The notes under the pieces: generated by a model | What the model saw: the letters and a program-made list of their open reading frames with translations, nothing else | Databases searched by the model: none | Told to the model about the DNA's origin: nothing | Part shown: positions 1 through 8,615 of the stretch, piece after piece | Layout of the letters: each line of letters begins with the position of its first letter | Position numbering within the stretch: the first letter of the stretch is position 1 | Made by a program: the position numbers and the translations under genes | IMG/VR virus record: IMGVR_UViG_3300037604_000023 | Location: 1-37,474 of that record | Reading direction: 5' to 3' (one strand) | DNA: 37,474 bases | DNA from: a virus | Lineage: Duplodnaviria; Caudoviricetes

Positions 1-105
1 AGGCCGCGCATTACGGCCTTACCGTCATACGCTGAACCGACCGGTTCAGATTAAACCTTTCCGCCGCCGCCGACAAGCGCGATCTCGCGCACGCCCCGCG
101 GCCCT

Positions 106-152
106 TGTAGCGTGACACCAAAGTTTGCAGAGAATTACAGTAAGATTTGCAG
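106..152 (+). repeat. Phage terminus (late/mom-side end) with putative transposase-binding repeats
   Basis: TGTAGCGTGACACCAAAGTTTGCAG matches the reverse complement of the other end at 16/25 positions. TTTGCAG recurs at 124-130 and 146-152 (22-bp spacing). Confidence 0.75.
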
Positions 153-192
153 CAACGCTCGGTCTAACAAGCGTGCCGACAGATGCGACTGA

Positions 193-663
193 TCAGTCGA
201 ACCAGCGTGAACGGATCTGATTTCGACGCACGCGAACGTCTCGTTTGAGGGCCAGGGCATGCAAGGCGATCGCTTGCAGTCGATCGGGGTCTGGGGAACG
301 TTCTGGGTTCTTGAACTCACCGCCAGAAGCGCTTTCGTAGAGAACAGCCCACTCCGCTCGGGTGAGCTCCCACTTACTTGGGAACTCTTGAAACAAAGAC
401 AGTGCCAAACCATTGATGTCATGTAGCGTTGCGACAATGCGGGCGGCGCGGACCGCCTCGTCAGGCGGGGGAGTATCGCCAAGGAAGCTCCAATACTGCT
501 CGCAATCTTCAACAAGCCGATCCAAAGCTTGCCGCAAGTCTTCCAAATAGTTATCGAGGTCTTCTTCTCTGCGCCTTGCATTTGCAAAGATGGTATTCAC
601 AAGCTTCAACGCGATGTGGCTGAACAGACCGCCCAGAAGGCCACCTATGAAGGTAAGCACCAT
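193..663 (-). CDS. Hypothetical protein with an N-terminal hydrophobic/TM helix and a helical soluble domain (third gene of terminal cassette)
   Basis: N-terminus MVLTFIGGLLGGLFSHIALKLV is hydrophobic. ATG at 663 lies a few nt after the stop of the STAS gene. Confidence 0.75.
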   Translation of the reverse strand: MVLTFIGGLLGGLFSHIALKLVNTIFANARRREEDLDNYLEDLRQALDRLVEDCEQYWSFLGDTPPPDEAVRAARIVATLHDINGLALSLFQEFPSKWELTRAEWAVLYESASGGEFKNPERSPDPDRLQAIALHALALKRDVRVRRNQIRSRWFD

Positions 664-669
664 CAACTG

Positions 670-1005
670 TTAACTGCTGCGCTTCGCTTGCCGGGCCTCG
701 TCAGAGATATATTGCCACGCCTTATCAACGTAGACTTGGTAGGAAGGGTCCTGAGCCTCGATGGTCAAGAGACCGTCAATCTGTTCATAAGTAAGGCCCG
801 CCCTGATCAACCCGCCAAACGCTTCCTCGAGGAACGACGCGGGATAACCGGCAACACCATCCATGAGAACCTTGACGCTACCCCCATCCCGGAGCGTAGG
901 CTCGAGATAGATTTCACGGAACTCCTCTCCGCTACCTTTCCCATGTCTACGGAAGCGACCACCGGGATACATCGTGTAGTCCTTAGCGATCGATACGTCG
1001 GTCAT
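670..1005 (-). CDS. STAS-like domain protein (DUF4325-like)
   Basis: Motifs PGGRFRRHGKGSGEEFRE and VKVLMDGVAGYPASFLEEAFGGL are typical of DUF4325 STAS-like proteins. Start is 1005 or 1032. Confidence 0.8.
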   Translation of the reverse strand: MTDVSIAKDYTMYPGGRFRRHGKGSGEEFREIYLEPTLRDGGSVKVLMDGVAGYPASFLEEAFGGLIRAGLTYEQIDGLLTIEAQDPSYQVYVDKAWQYISDEARQAKRSS

Positions 1006-1018
1006 CTGCGGGTGCGTC

Positions 1019-2107
1019 TCACATAAAGGCATCGATGGGGATGCTCCATTCTATCAGAGTTCCTCCGATGTGGGAACTCAGGTTGCTCTTTTCCACCACA
1101 TTTTGATGGTCGATCGTAACATCTCCGCGACCACTGATGATCCGAATGTTGCCTGATCCAGCATTGTCAATAACCTCAACCATCTGCTTCAACCCCTTGC
1201 CTCGACCGGCTAATCCAGTGCTTGTACGACCTACTTCAACGGCCCCTTCGATGAGGTTTGCGTGATACTTGAGAAAACTGACGCTTTTGAGGCGCGCGGC
1301 TATGTCATCCAGCCACCCCTTCTTGGTTTCGATCGTTGCGGGTATCCCCACACCTTGGTCGTAAACGAAGAATCTTAACGATTCCTTGTCTGGGTCTACG
1401 CACGCGCTGGCCCACCACCTATGACCGGCGTAAGGGAACTTGGGAGGCGTACCTCCGGTTGTTGGGTATGCGTGATCGATGCAGTTGACAACCGCCTCGC
1501 TCAGCCCCTCAAAAACGTATTTCTTGGGCGTGAAGCGTGGAGTGTCGGTGCCAATTCGCGCCAACTCCGTTTGGAGTTTGTGGACTTTTTCGTTGTCAGA
1601 TTTTTCCCCTGATCGGATTTTCAGGATGAAGAGTTCCTTCGAGAACAGTTCCGCTTCCCGAACCGGCGTGCGAATGCCTAGCAGCTCAAAAGCGCCGATG
1701 TGGTCCATCAACTGTCTAACTCGTGGGTGCCAGCGCTTTGAGTTTCTTGCTCGAAGTTGTGTTTTGCGGATCCGTGCCCAACGGTCAAGCTCGGCAGCGA
1801 TGATGACCGCAACGGGCACAGAAATCTCTTCTACTTTTGAAAAATCCACAAATAGCTCTCGATACCGCCAGCGCCCCCGAAACTTGAACCGATGAGTGCT
1901 GAGCGCAGCGTCCTTGAATTGCTGCAGAAACGAGAGGGTTTCGGTTCCGTTCCTCGACACAGACAGAACCCTCGGAGCGACAATATTTGAGGCGTGCTTC
2001 TGACGGGAAAGCTGTGCTCCGTAGCGCTTCCTGAACTGAGTTCTTAAGTTCCGTTTCTCAGCAAGCCGCTGCCGCATCCGCTCGAGTTGCAGATCGGGCT
2101 TCTTCAA
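1019..2107 (-). CDS. GHKL/HATPase_c-domain ATP-binding protein with an N-terminal STAS-like region
   Basis: N-box (LSEAVVNCIDHAY), G1 box (VYDQGVGIP) and G2 box (GRGKGL). STAS-like segment LFVDFSKVEEISVPVAVII. TTG start with AGGGAG RBS 7 nt upstream. Confidence 0.85.
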   Translation of the reverse strand: MKKPDLQLERMRQRLAEKRNLRTQFRKRYGAQLSRQKHASNIVAPRVLSVSRNGTETLSFLQQFKDAALSTHRFKFRGRWRYRELFVDFSKVEEISVPVAVIIAAELDRWARIRKTQLRARNSKRWHPRVRQLMDHIGAFELLGIRTPVREAELFSKELFILKIRSGEKSDNEKVHKLQTELARIGTDTPRFTPKKYVFEGLSEAVVNCIDHAYPTTGGTPPKFPYAGHRWWASACVDPDKESLRFFVYDQGVGIPATIETKKGWLDDIAARLKSVSFLKYHANLIEGAVEVGRTSTGLAGRGKGLKQMVEVIDNAGSGNIRIISGRGDVTIDHQNVVEKSNLSSHIGGTLIEWSIPIDAFM

Positions 2108-2180
2108 ACCAGAACTCCCTTAATACCCGACCGGTTGACCTTGGAACGCCTTGTAACTGGATCGCACGACCTCCTCAAGC

Positions 2181-2209
2181 ACTCTCGGCAAAGTCGTATC
2201 TTTGTCCAA
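2181..2209 (-). promoter_or_regulatory. Putative sigma70-type promoter for the terminal cassette
   Basis: TTGGAC-N17-GAGAGT on the minus strand between the methylase stop and the GHKL gene. The -10 match is weak. Confidence 0.35.
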
Positions 2210-2221
2210 TGGTGGTTTCCT

Positions 2222-3034
2222 TCAGCGTATCAATAGTTCCTGCCGTTTCCTCCTTCTGTCGTTTCGGCTGCCAACGCTATATGAGGTGCTGACCTCGATC
2301 ATCTCGAACCCCGCGAACACCTCGCGCACCTCGGGCACGTCGTTGATGGACATGAGGAACCGCCCCTTGATGTCTGCCAGCTGCTCGGCCAGTCGCTCGA
2401 AGTCAGCGCGCTCGAACATCGCCTTGCCATAGTCGGTCTCGCAGCCCCAGTAGGGCGGGTCGAGGTAGAAGAGGGTGCCGGAGCCGTCGTAGCGCCGGAT
2501 GAAATCCGAGTAGTCCAGGCACTCGATGACAACGCCGGACATGCGCGTGTGCAGATCTTCGAGCATCGGCTCCAGCGTCGAAAGGTTGAACCGGCCCGGC
2601 CGGTCCTTTGACACTCCGAAATTCCGCCCCGATACCTTGCCGCCGAAGGCGGTGCGCTGGAGATAGAGAAACCGGGCCGCACGCTCCAGATCGGTGAGCG
2701 TGGCCGGGTCGGTCTTCACCAGTCGTTCGAACTCGGCTCGCGTCGTGAGCTGAAACCGCAGGACTTCGAGGAACTGCGGGTAATGGCGCTGCAGGATACG
2801 AAAGAGCGTGGCGATGTCGCGGCCGCGATCGTTGATGATCTCGGCGCGGGGGCGCATCCCACGGCGCAGGAACACGCCGCCCATGCCAACGAACGCCTCC
2901 GCGTAGGTGGTGTGGGGTGTGCTGTCGAGGATGCTGGTGATGCGCTTGGCGAGGTTCTTCTTGCCGCCCAGCCACGGCGCGACGGGAAGGGTTCTTTCAA
3001 CGGGGGTTAAAGGTGGGTGTTCATGGTGTTTCAA
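2222..3034 (-). CDS. DNA adenine methyltransferase (Dam/D12 class)
   Basis: PWLGGK, YAEAFVGMGGVF (SAM-binding) and FYLDPPY (catalytic) motifs. Occupies the mom position of Mu. Probable TTG start at 3034 with GGAG 9 nt upstream. Confidence 0.92.
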   Translation of the reverse strand: MKHHEHPPLTPVERTLPVAPWLGGKKNLAKRITSILDSTPHTTYAEAFVGMGGVFLRRGMRPRAEIINDRGRDIATLFRILQRHYPQFLEVLRFQLTTRAEFERLVKTDPATLTDLERAARFLYLQRTAFGGKVSGRNFGVSKDRPGRFNLSTLEPMLEDLHTRMSGVVIECLDYSDFIRRYDGSGTLFYLDPPYWGCETDYGKAMFERADFERLAEQLADIKGRFLMSINDVPEVREVFAGFEMIEVSTSYSVGSRNDRRRKRQELLIR

Positions 3035-3102
3035 GGCGAATCGCTCCACGGTAGCCGCCGCCCTCCGGGGCGAGGTGCGGCCCTGAGTTCTGACGGGTCG
3101 GC

Positions 3103-3157
3103 GGGGCGTTGGTCGCAAACCGTGCCCCCGTGTCACCGGGCGTTGGCGCGCCCGGTG
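3103..3157 (-). promoter_or_regulatory. Tandem hairpins in the methyltransferase leader
   Basis: 9-bp perfect stem CACCGGGCG/CGCCCGGTG (3134-3157) and a second stem GGGGC...GCCCC with inner GGT/ACC (3103-3128). Confidence 0.45.
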
Positions 3158-3166
3158 GCCCCTCAC

Positions 3167-4162
3167 TCAGGGGCCTGTCGCGTTCGCGCCGCCCCGCTCG
3201 GAGGCTTGCGCGCGCACTTGGGTGGTCAGCGCCCCGGCGAGGCGGTGCTCGACCCGCTTGACGAGGAACGTGCCGTCGATGCCGGGATAGACGCCGCTGA
3301 CCGCGATATTGCCGCCCGCGAAGAGTGCCGGCTCGAACCCCGCGAGGCGGGCATTGAGCTCCAGCTTGCCGCGTTTCGCGCGGCGCAGCTTCGCCTCGGC
3401 GGCGCGCCGGGCCTCTTCCTCGCTGGAATGCACATGGCGCAAACGGTGAACGGGGTCGCCCTCTCCGGCGGTGACCGTGTCGCGGGTGCCGGTGTCCACG
3501 TCGCGCCATTCGGCCTCGACGCGGCCCACGCGCTGGCGCTCGACGATGTCCCACTCCCAGCCCTGCAGCCGCTCGGTGGAGAGCGGCACGGACGGCAGGG
3601 CGCTGCCGTCGGTCGCCTCGCCCCGGTCGCGGGGGGTGATTACCAGCCGCCCGCCGGCGGGCTTGGCGGTGGCATCAAAGCGCTCGGCCAGGCGCGTCAG
3701 GAAGGCCAGGTCGCTCTCGACCGTCTGAGCCTCGTAGGCGATGTGGATACCGGCGAGCCGGGGTGAGACGGCGGCGGTCAGCCCGCCGCGCGCGGCGATC
3801 GCCCCGGTGATATCGCCCAGCGTCTTGTCCTCCCAGGCGGTGGAACGGGGCGCGCGCAGCGGGCCGGTCATGTCGGCCGCTGTTGCCTCGACGGTCAGGG
3901 TGAGCGCCGGGCCGCGCCCCTTGAGCCCGTCCACGGTGAACCGGCCCATCTCCACGAGGCCGGTTTCCCGGAAGCCGAGCGAGACCTCGAGGACCTCGCC
4001 GGTCTCGGGCAGCTCCACGCGGGCGTCGCGCGCGTCGAGCTCCAGGGTGAGGCGGTCGGCCCGCTCCTCGTCCCCGTCCACGACAGTCAGGCTCAGAAGC
4101 CGGTCGCGGATGATCGCGGTTGCGTCCGTGCCGCCCGCGATGATGCGGAAATCCGGCGTCAT
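3167..4162 (-). CDS. Phage late control D / baseplate hub protein (P2 gpD-like)
   Basis: MTPDFRIIAGG...RLLSLTVVD...Q..ESDLAFLTRLAE. Follows gpX with an ATGA overlap. Confidence 0.9.
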   Translation of the reverse strand: MTPDFRIIAGGTDATAIIRDRLLSLTVVDGDEERADRLTLELDARDARVELPETGEVLEVSLGFRETGLVEMGRFTVDGLKGRGPALTLTVEATAADMTGPLRAPRSTAWEDKTLGDITGAIAARGGLTAAVSPRLAGIHIAYEAQTVESDLAFLTRLAERFDATAKPAGGRLVITPRDRGEATDGSALPSVPLSTERLQGWEWDIVERQRVGRVEAEWRDVDTGTRDTVTAGEGDPVHRLRHVHSSEEEARRAAEAKLRRAKRGKLELNARLAGFEPALFAGGNIAVSGVYPGIDGTFLVKRVEHRLAGALTTQVRAQASERGGANATGP

Positions 4163-4374
4163 GATCCGCCCCAGAGCCGGATCGGCTGTACCGGGTCGGG
4201 TTTGGGGTCGGGGGCCTCGGGCAAGATGATGCGCAGGCCCGCGGGCAGGGTTGCCCCCCGTGCGGCGAGGCCGGGATTGGCGGCGAGGATGGCGGGTACC
4301 AGGTGCGCGTCGCCCAGCTCGCGCCACGCGATCTGGTCGAGCCGTTCGCCCTCGATGGTGATGTAATTGGTCAT
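4159..4374 (-). CDS. Tail protein X (P2 gpX-like)
   Basis: GERLDQIAWRELG...ILAANPGLA...LPAGLRIILP...IRLWG; synteny U-X-D. Confidence 0.9.
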   Translation of the reverse strand: MTNYITIEGERLDQIAWRELGDAHLVPAILAANPGLAARGATLPAGLRIILPEAPDPKPDPVQPIRLWGGS

Positions 4375-4796
4375 ATCAGCCCCAACACGCCGCTGCCCAG
4401 GATGCCGTCGCTGCCGTAGGATTGCAGCTCGACGGAGAACTCGATCTTGCGGGGCGCACCATCGGCCATGAGCATGGATTTCGTCTCGGTCACCGACACG
4501 ATCACCCAGCGGTCCCAGACCCAGCCCATCCCGTCGGTCATGAAGAGCGGCACGCCGGTGCCCGCGATGGCGCGCATCGCCGTGAGCTGGTGCAGGCCAC
4601 CCCGGAAATGCGGGTAGATCACCCCTTCAAGCGTGATCGTCTGGACACCGGGACCGGCATATTGCGCCGCGGGCTTGCGCCCGACGCGGTTGAGCTGCTC
4701 CCAGCGATAGGCCGCGTGATGCGTGGCCTTCTGGTAATCGGCCCACCGCATGCCGAAGCGGAAGCTGCCCAGCGCCATCATCACCAGGTCAATCAT
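4371..4796 (-). CDS. Tail protein (P2 gpU-like)
   Basis: MMALGSFRF...QYAGPGVQTITLEG...PRKIEFSVEL; follows the tape measure gene. Confidence 0.9.
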   Translation of the reverse strand: MIDLVMMALGSFRFGMRWADYQKATHHAAYRWEQLNRVGRKPAAQYAGPGVQTITLEGVIYPHFRGGLHQLTAMRAIAGTGVPLFMTDGMGWVWDRWVIVSVTETKSMLMADGAPRKIEFSVELQSYGSDGILGSGVLGLI

Positions 4797-7650
4797 AGTC
4801 GCCCCCGTCATGCAGCGCGTCGTCGGCCCGGCGGCGCGCGCGATCGATCTTCTCCATGACCGCCTCCGCGATCGCCTCGGGCGACTGGCCCGGGGCGGTA
4901 TGGACGTGGATATCGCCTACCGTCATGGTCACCGAGCGCGAGGTCGGAGCCGTCGGCGCTGTACCCCGAACGGTCACCCCGGGCCGTGCCCCCGGCCCAG
5001 GCGCGACGATGCGCACGGCTGGCCGCGCGTCCTGCGTTGCGGGGCCGGTGGTGAAGGCCGGGGCTGCCTCCGCGCCGGTTCCGGCCAGCCCCAGCCCGAG
5101 GCTGGCGGCCGTCATCACCGCCGCCGCACGGGCGGGCAACGCGCCGAAGGCTGCCGCGTTTCCGCCGAAGGCTGCCGCCGCGGCCAGAAGCGGCGCGGCC
5201 TCGCGCGCCGGTGTCACGCGGCCATTGGTGCCCGGTGTGAACAACTCCTCGCCCAGCTCGTTGATCCGATAGGTAAAGCCTGCCCGCACCCCGCCACCCA
5301 AGGCGCGCTGTCCATCCACCTTCGAGCCGCCGTCACGGGGCGGCCCGGGGACGTTTGGCTTGTTGAGCGCTTGACGCTCCGACACCGACATGCGGGTGCC
5401 GAGATTGAACTCAGGAATAATCGCGCGCCAGTCCCACTTCGGCAGTACGCTGGCCCAGGTGAAGGAAAACCAGTTGCTCCAGGCGATCAGCGGGATGAAA
5501 TCGGCCCAGCTCAGGTTGCCTATCCACTCCGGCCAGGTGATCGCGGATATGAACTCTGCCCACCTGATTTCAGGGAGCCAGCCCTCCCACGAGAATGCCC
5601 CCCAGACACGCGACCAATCTATGCTGGGCAAGTACTTGTCCCAGCCGAGGGGCTCGATCACGTTGAACCAGACCAGCTTCCCGATGAAGTCGGCAAGGTT
5701 CATCATCGGGACGAAAACACTCCATGCCAGACTGTTGATCCGGCTGGCCCACTCGAAGGATGCGACCCAATCCCACCATGCGAGGGGCGAGAGGAACTCG
5801 TCCCAGCTCAACTCACCTATCCAATCCGGCCAGGAAAACGCAGAGGCGAATTCCGACCAGTTGATGACCGGGATATTGCCCCGCCAGGACAGCGACCCGA
5901 CGATAGTATCCCATTCGATCGACGGCAGGTACTTGTCCCAACCGAGGGGCTTGATCAGGAAGTTCCAAGCCAAAGCGCCCGCCAGGCTGAGCCACCCGAT
6001 CACGGGGATGAAACGAAACGCGGCCCATACCAGGGGGCGGATCAACCTTGTCCAGCTTAGCGCTCCTGCCCGTGCCACCCAGTTGATGGGCGGCACATGC
6101 CGGGCACCCCACGCCAGCGGCTTGACCAGTGCGGATACCGCGAGCTTGCTACCCACTGCCATTGCAACCCAGGCCGCCTTCGTGAGTTTCGGGATCAACG
6201 CCGGTCCCCAGACCAGCGGCTTGACCAGCGAGCCGAGTTTCAGGGGCGAGCGTCCGGCAAGGGTCGCCAATGCGAGCTGCATCAGCCCGAAGGCACGGAC
6301 GCCGCCACCGACGACGGAGAAGAGGGGCAGGAGGGCGAAGCGCAGCGCAAGGCTGGCCAGCTTGAACCCGAAGAGCCCCGCCACGACCCAGCCCAGCTGC
6401 TCGATCAGTTCGGGGTTCTGAGCCGCCCACTCGGTGATCTGGCCGATTACCGGCATGATGGTTTCCATCAGCTCGTTGAGCATGGGCAGGAGCGCACTGC
6501 CGATCGTGGTTGAGACCGCGTTCAGGTACTGAAGCAGGCGGCGGCGCTGGGCGAGCGTGGTCTCGGCCTGGCGGCGGTATTCCTCTTCCATCAGCCCCAG
6601 ATGGGCGGTCGCGTCTGCGGTGTTCGCAAAGCTCTGGCGCAGCATGTCCGTGTTGGCGATGAGCGGCATGATCGCGCCTTTGGCCTCTTCACCGAAGAGC
6701 GCGCCGACCAGCGCATTGCGCCGATGCGCGTCGACCTGCTGGAACGCTTCCAGCACACTCATGATGCCGCCGGTCGCGTCGGTCTGCATCCGCACGGCCA
6801 TTTGTTCGGCATCAATCCCCAGTTCCTGGAACACGCCGCGCTGCCGCTTTGTCAGGCTCTCACCCTTCACCAGCGCGTTGGTGAAGTTCTTCATGCCGGT
6901 CGCGGCGATCTCGGGGCTGGCCCCCGCGGCGAGGATGGTGGCACTCAGCGCGGCGATCTCGTTCTCGGCCAGACCGGCCGTCTTGGCGACGACGCCTTGA
7001 CGGTTGATCACTTGCAGGATGTCGGCCTCGTTCGTGGCCATCGTGTTGCCGAGGAAGTTCACGGTGTCGGCCAGCGCCATTGCCTGGTCATGGCTTAGGT
7101 TGAGGTTCTCGCGCCAGCGCGCCAGCGTCGTGCCGGCATCGTCGGCCGAGATGCCAAAGGCCACCGACATCTTGGTCGCGTCCTCGGCGAAGGCGAGCAA
7201 CTGCTTGCGCTTCTCGGCGTCGGGCAGGTTCTCGTCCACCACGCCCATCCGGCCGGCGGCGGCGATGATGTCCATCATGCCGTTGGCGGTCCCTGCAAGC
7301 CCGCCGGAGGTTACGAGTGCCGAGATGTCACGCTGCAGAAGCTTGAAACCGTTCGCTTCCTCGAAATCGACGACCTTGGAGACTTCGGCCATGCGCGCTT
7401 CGGCCTGGATCGCCGGTTCGGTCAGCCCCCACAGCGCCACCCCAAGTCCAATGACCTGCGCGGCCTCGCCCTGCAGCGCGGCCGACCTCGCGCGGTTCTT
7501 CTCGGCCATGCGGTCGGCCAGCGCGATGTTGCGCCGGCCGGATGTCTCCATCGCCGCCCCGGCCTGCTCGACCTTCTGCAGCGCGGCCTTCGCCGGCCCG
7601 GTGGCCCGGTCGATCAGGCGCAGGACAAGCTGCATGTTCAGGTCACTCAT
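4789..7650 (-). CDS. Tail tape measure protein (TP901-family core) with a Trp-periodic region
   Basis: 953 aa, Ala-rich, with motifs MAEVSKVVDF, ADTVNFLGN and LFGEEA. Lies downstream of the gpE/E' chaperones. Confidence 0.93.
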   Translation of the reverse strand: MSDLNMQLVLRLIDRATGPAKAALQKVEQAGAAMETSGRRNIALADRMAEKNRARSAALQGEAAQVIGLGVALWGLTEPAIQAEARMAEVSKVVDFEEANGFKLLQRDISALVTSGGLAGTANGMMDIIAAAGRMGVVDENLPDAEKRKQLLAFAEDATKMSVAFGISADDAGTTLARWRENLNLSHDQAMALADTVNFLGNTMATNEADILQVINRQGVVAKTAGLAENEIAALSATILAAGASPEIAATGMKNFTNALVKGESLTKRQRGVFQELGIDAEQMAVRMQTDATGGIMSVLEAFQQVDAHRRNALVGALFGEEAKGAIMPLIANTDMLRQSFANTADATAHLGLMEEEYRRQAETTLAQRRRLLQYLNAVSTTIGSALLPMLNELMETIMPVIGQITEWAAQNPELIEQLGWVVAGLFGFKLASLALRFALLPLFSVVGGGVRAFGLMQLALATLAGRSPLKLGSLVKPLVWGPALIPKLTKAAWVAMAVGSKLAVSALVKPLAWGARHVPPINWVARAGALSWTRLIRPLVWAAFRFIPVIGWLSLAGALAWNFLIKPLGWDKYLPSIEWDTIVGSLSWRGNIPVINWSEFASAFSWPDWIGELSWDEFLSPLAWWDWVASFEWASRINSLAWSVFVPMMNLADFIGKLVWFNVIEPLGWDKYLPSIDWSRVWGAFSWEGWLPEIRWAEFISAITWPEWIGNLSWADFIPLIAWSNWFSFTWASVLPKWDWRAIIPEFNLGTRMSVSERQALNKPNVPGPPRDGGSKVDGQRALGGGVRAGFTYRINELGEELFTPGTNGRVTPAREAAPLLAAAAAFGGNAAAFGALPARAAAVMTAASLGLGLAGTGAEAAPAFTTGPATQDARPAVRIVAPGPGARPGVTVRGTAPTAPTSRSVTMTVGDIHVHTAPGQSPEAIAEAVMEKIDRARRRADDALHDGGDYD
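5627..5957. repeat. Internal duplication in tape measure gene (297-nt offset)
   Basis: 5627-5660 and 5924-5957 are identical at 31/34 nt; both encode I(K/E)PLGWDKYLPS. Confidence 0.8.
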
Positions 7651-7768
7651 CGCCGTCTCCGCCGGGCGCGCGGTCGCGCGCCTTGCTCCACCAATAGGCC
7701 AGCACCTCCACGCTCATCGCGCCGGTCTCGGAGGGCGGCCAGTGAAAGACCGCGGCGATGTCGGCCAT
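7643..7768 (-). CDS. P2 GpE-family tail chaperone extension (E'), probably made as an E+E' frameshift fusion; absent from the ORF track
   Basis: Manual translation gives MADIAAVFHWPPSETGAMSVEVLAYWWSKARDRAPGGDGDE, containing the MADIA..FHWPPSE signature. Confidence 0.88.
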   Translation of the reverse strand: MADIAAVFHWPPSETGAMSVEVLAYWWSKARDRAPGGDGDE

Positions 7769-7794
7769 GGCATCGCCGGGGTCATCCGGGAGCT

Positions 7795-8085
7795 CTAGAG
7801 GCTCCCCGCCTCCAGCGCCTTGCGGTCGGCCTCCGAGAAGAAAAAACCGACCACCTCCTGCGCGATCGCGGCGAAGTCCACGGGGCCGAGGGCGGCGACT
7901 TCGGCCTCGTCGAGGATGGGCTGCGAGATGCGCGGCACGACCGTGATGATCGCGCTCACGTCCATCTGCATGAGCCGTGCCAGGCTCAGGCCGCGCAGCT
8001 CACCGGCGGAAGGTTGGCGCAGGGTGACCTTCTTGATTTGATCATCCTTGCGCTTGACGGGGGTTTGCAGGGTGATTTCAGCCAT
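7795..8085 (-). CDS. Tail assembly chaperone (gpE / Mu gp41-like)
   Basis: ITLQTPV...VTLRQPSAGELRGL...VPRISQP; lies between tube and tape measure genes. Confidence 0.9.
   Translation of the reverse strand: MAEITLQTPVKRKDDQIKKVTLRQPSAGELRGLSLARLMQMDVSAIITVVPRISQPILDEAEVAALGPVDFAAIAQEVVGFFFSEADRKALEAGSL
7840..7846 (-). other. Programmed -1 ribosomal frameshift site (T TTT TTC)
   Basis: GGT TTT TTC near the end of the gpE gene. The -1 frame is open and runs in frame into the E' ORF, as in P2 E/E'. Confidence 0.82.
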
Positions 8086-8099
8086 TGTTCAATCCCCCT

Positions 8100-8603
8100 T
8101 CAAAGACCCATGGCGCGGCGGATGCCGGCCAGCTGATCGACACCGCCGACGACGCGTTGACCGTTCTCGATGTCGATCTTGATCAGCTCCTCGCCGTCCT
8201 TCTCGATCTTCAGGAAATCGACTTCGGCGGTCACCTTCATCTTGGAGTTTTCGCCGGCCTTGAGCTCGTCGAATTCCAGCGACGAAGTCAGCGCACCCAT
8301 GGTGAAGATGTAGGCCGCCGCCTGGTCGGGGGCGTCGGTGCGGGCCTGGGCAGCCGGGCGCAGGACGATGCGATCGTTCGTGCCCCAGGACTTGATGACC
8401 TCGGTGACGTATTCGTCGAAGGTCAGCTCGGTCTTGAGCCCCTCGGTGCCCATGTCGATGGCCGCTTCGCCGTCCATGCCGGCACCACGGTGGGGTTCGG
8501 TCTTCAGCTTGACCTCGGGGAGCTTGCCTGCCGAGACGCGGCCCATGTAGCCGATCCCGTTTTTGTAGGCCATGAAGTTGCGGATAACGCGGGGGTAGGG
8601 CAT
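8100..8603 (-). CDS. Major tail tube protein (P2 FII-like)
   Basis: HRGAGMDG and IDIENGQRVVGGVDQLAGIRRAMGL; follows the sheath gene. Confidence 0.93.
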   Translation of the reverse strand: MPYPRVIRNFMAYKNGIGYMGRVSAGKLPEVKLKTEPHRGAGMDGEAAIDMGTEGLKTELTFDEYVTEVIKSWGTNDRIVLRPAAQARTDAPDQAAAYIFTMGALTSSLEFDELKAGENSKMKVTAEVDFLKIEKDGEELIKIDIENGQRVVGGVDQLAGIRRAMGL

Positions 8604-8615
8604 GTCGGTGTCTCC

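Noticed and set aside
32-49. Perfect 8-bp inverted repeat CTGAACCG-AC-CGGTTCAG
   Set aside because: Lies outside the phage end in a short flank. It could be a host operator, but there is no context to support a call.
2120-2167. 15-aa ORF (GTG...TAA) upstream of the GHKL gene, preceded by GAGGAGG
   Set aside because: RBS-to-start spacing is only about 2-3 nt, and nothing else supports translation.
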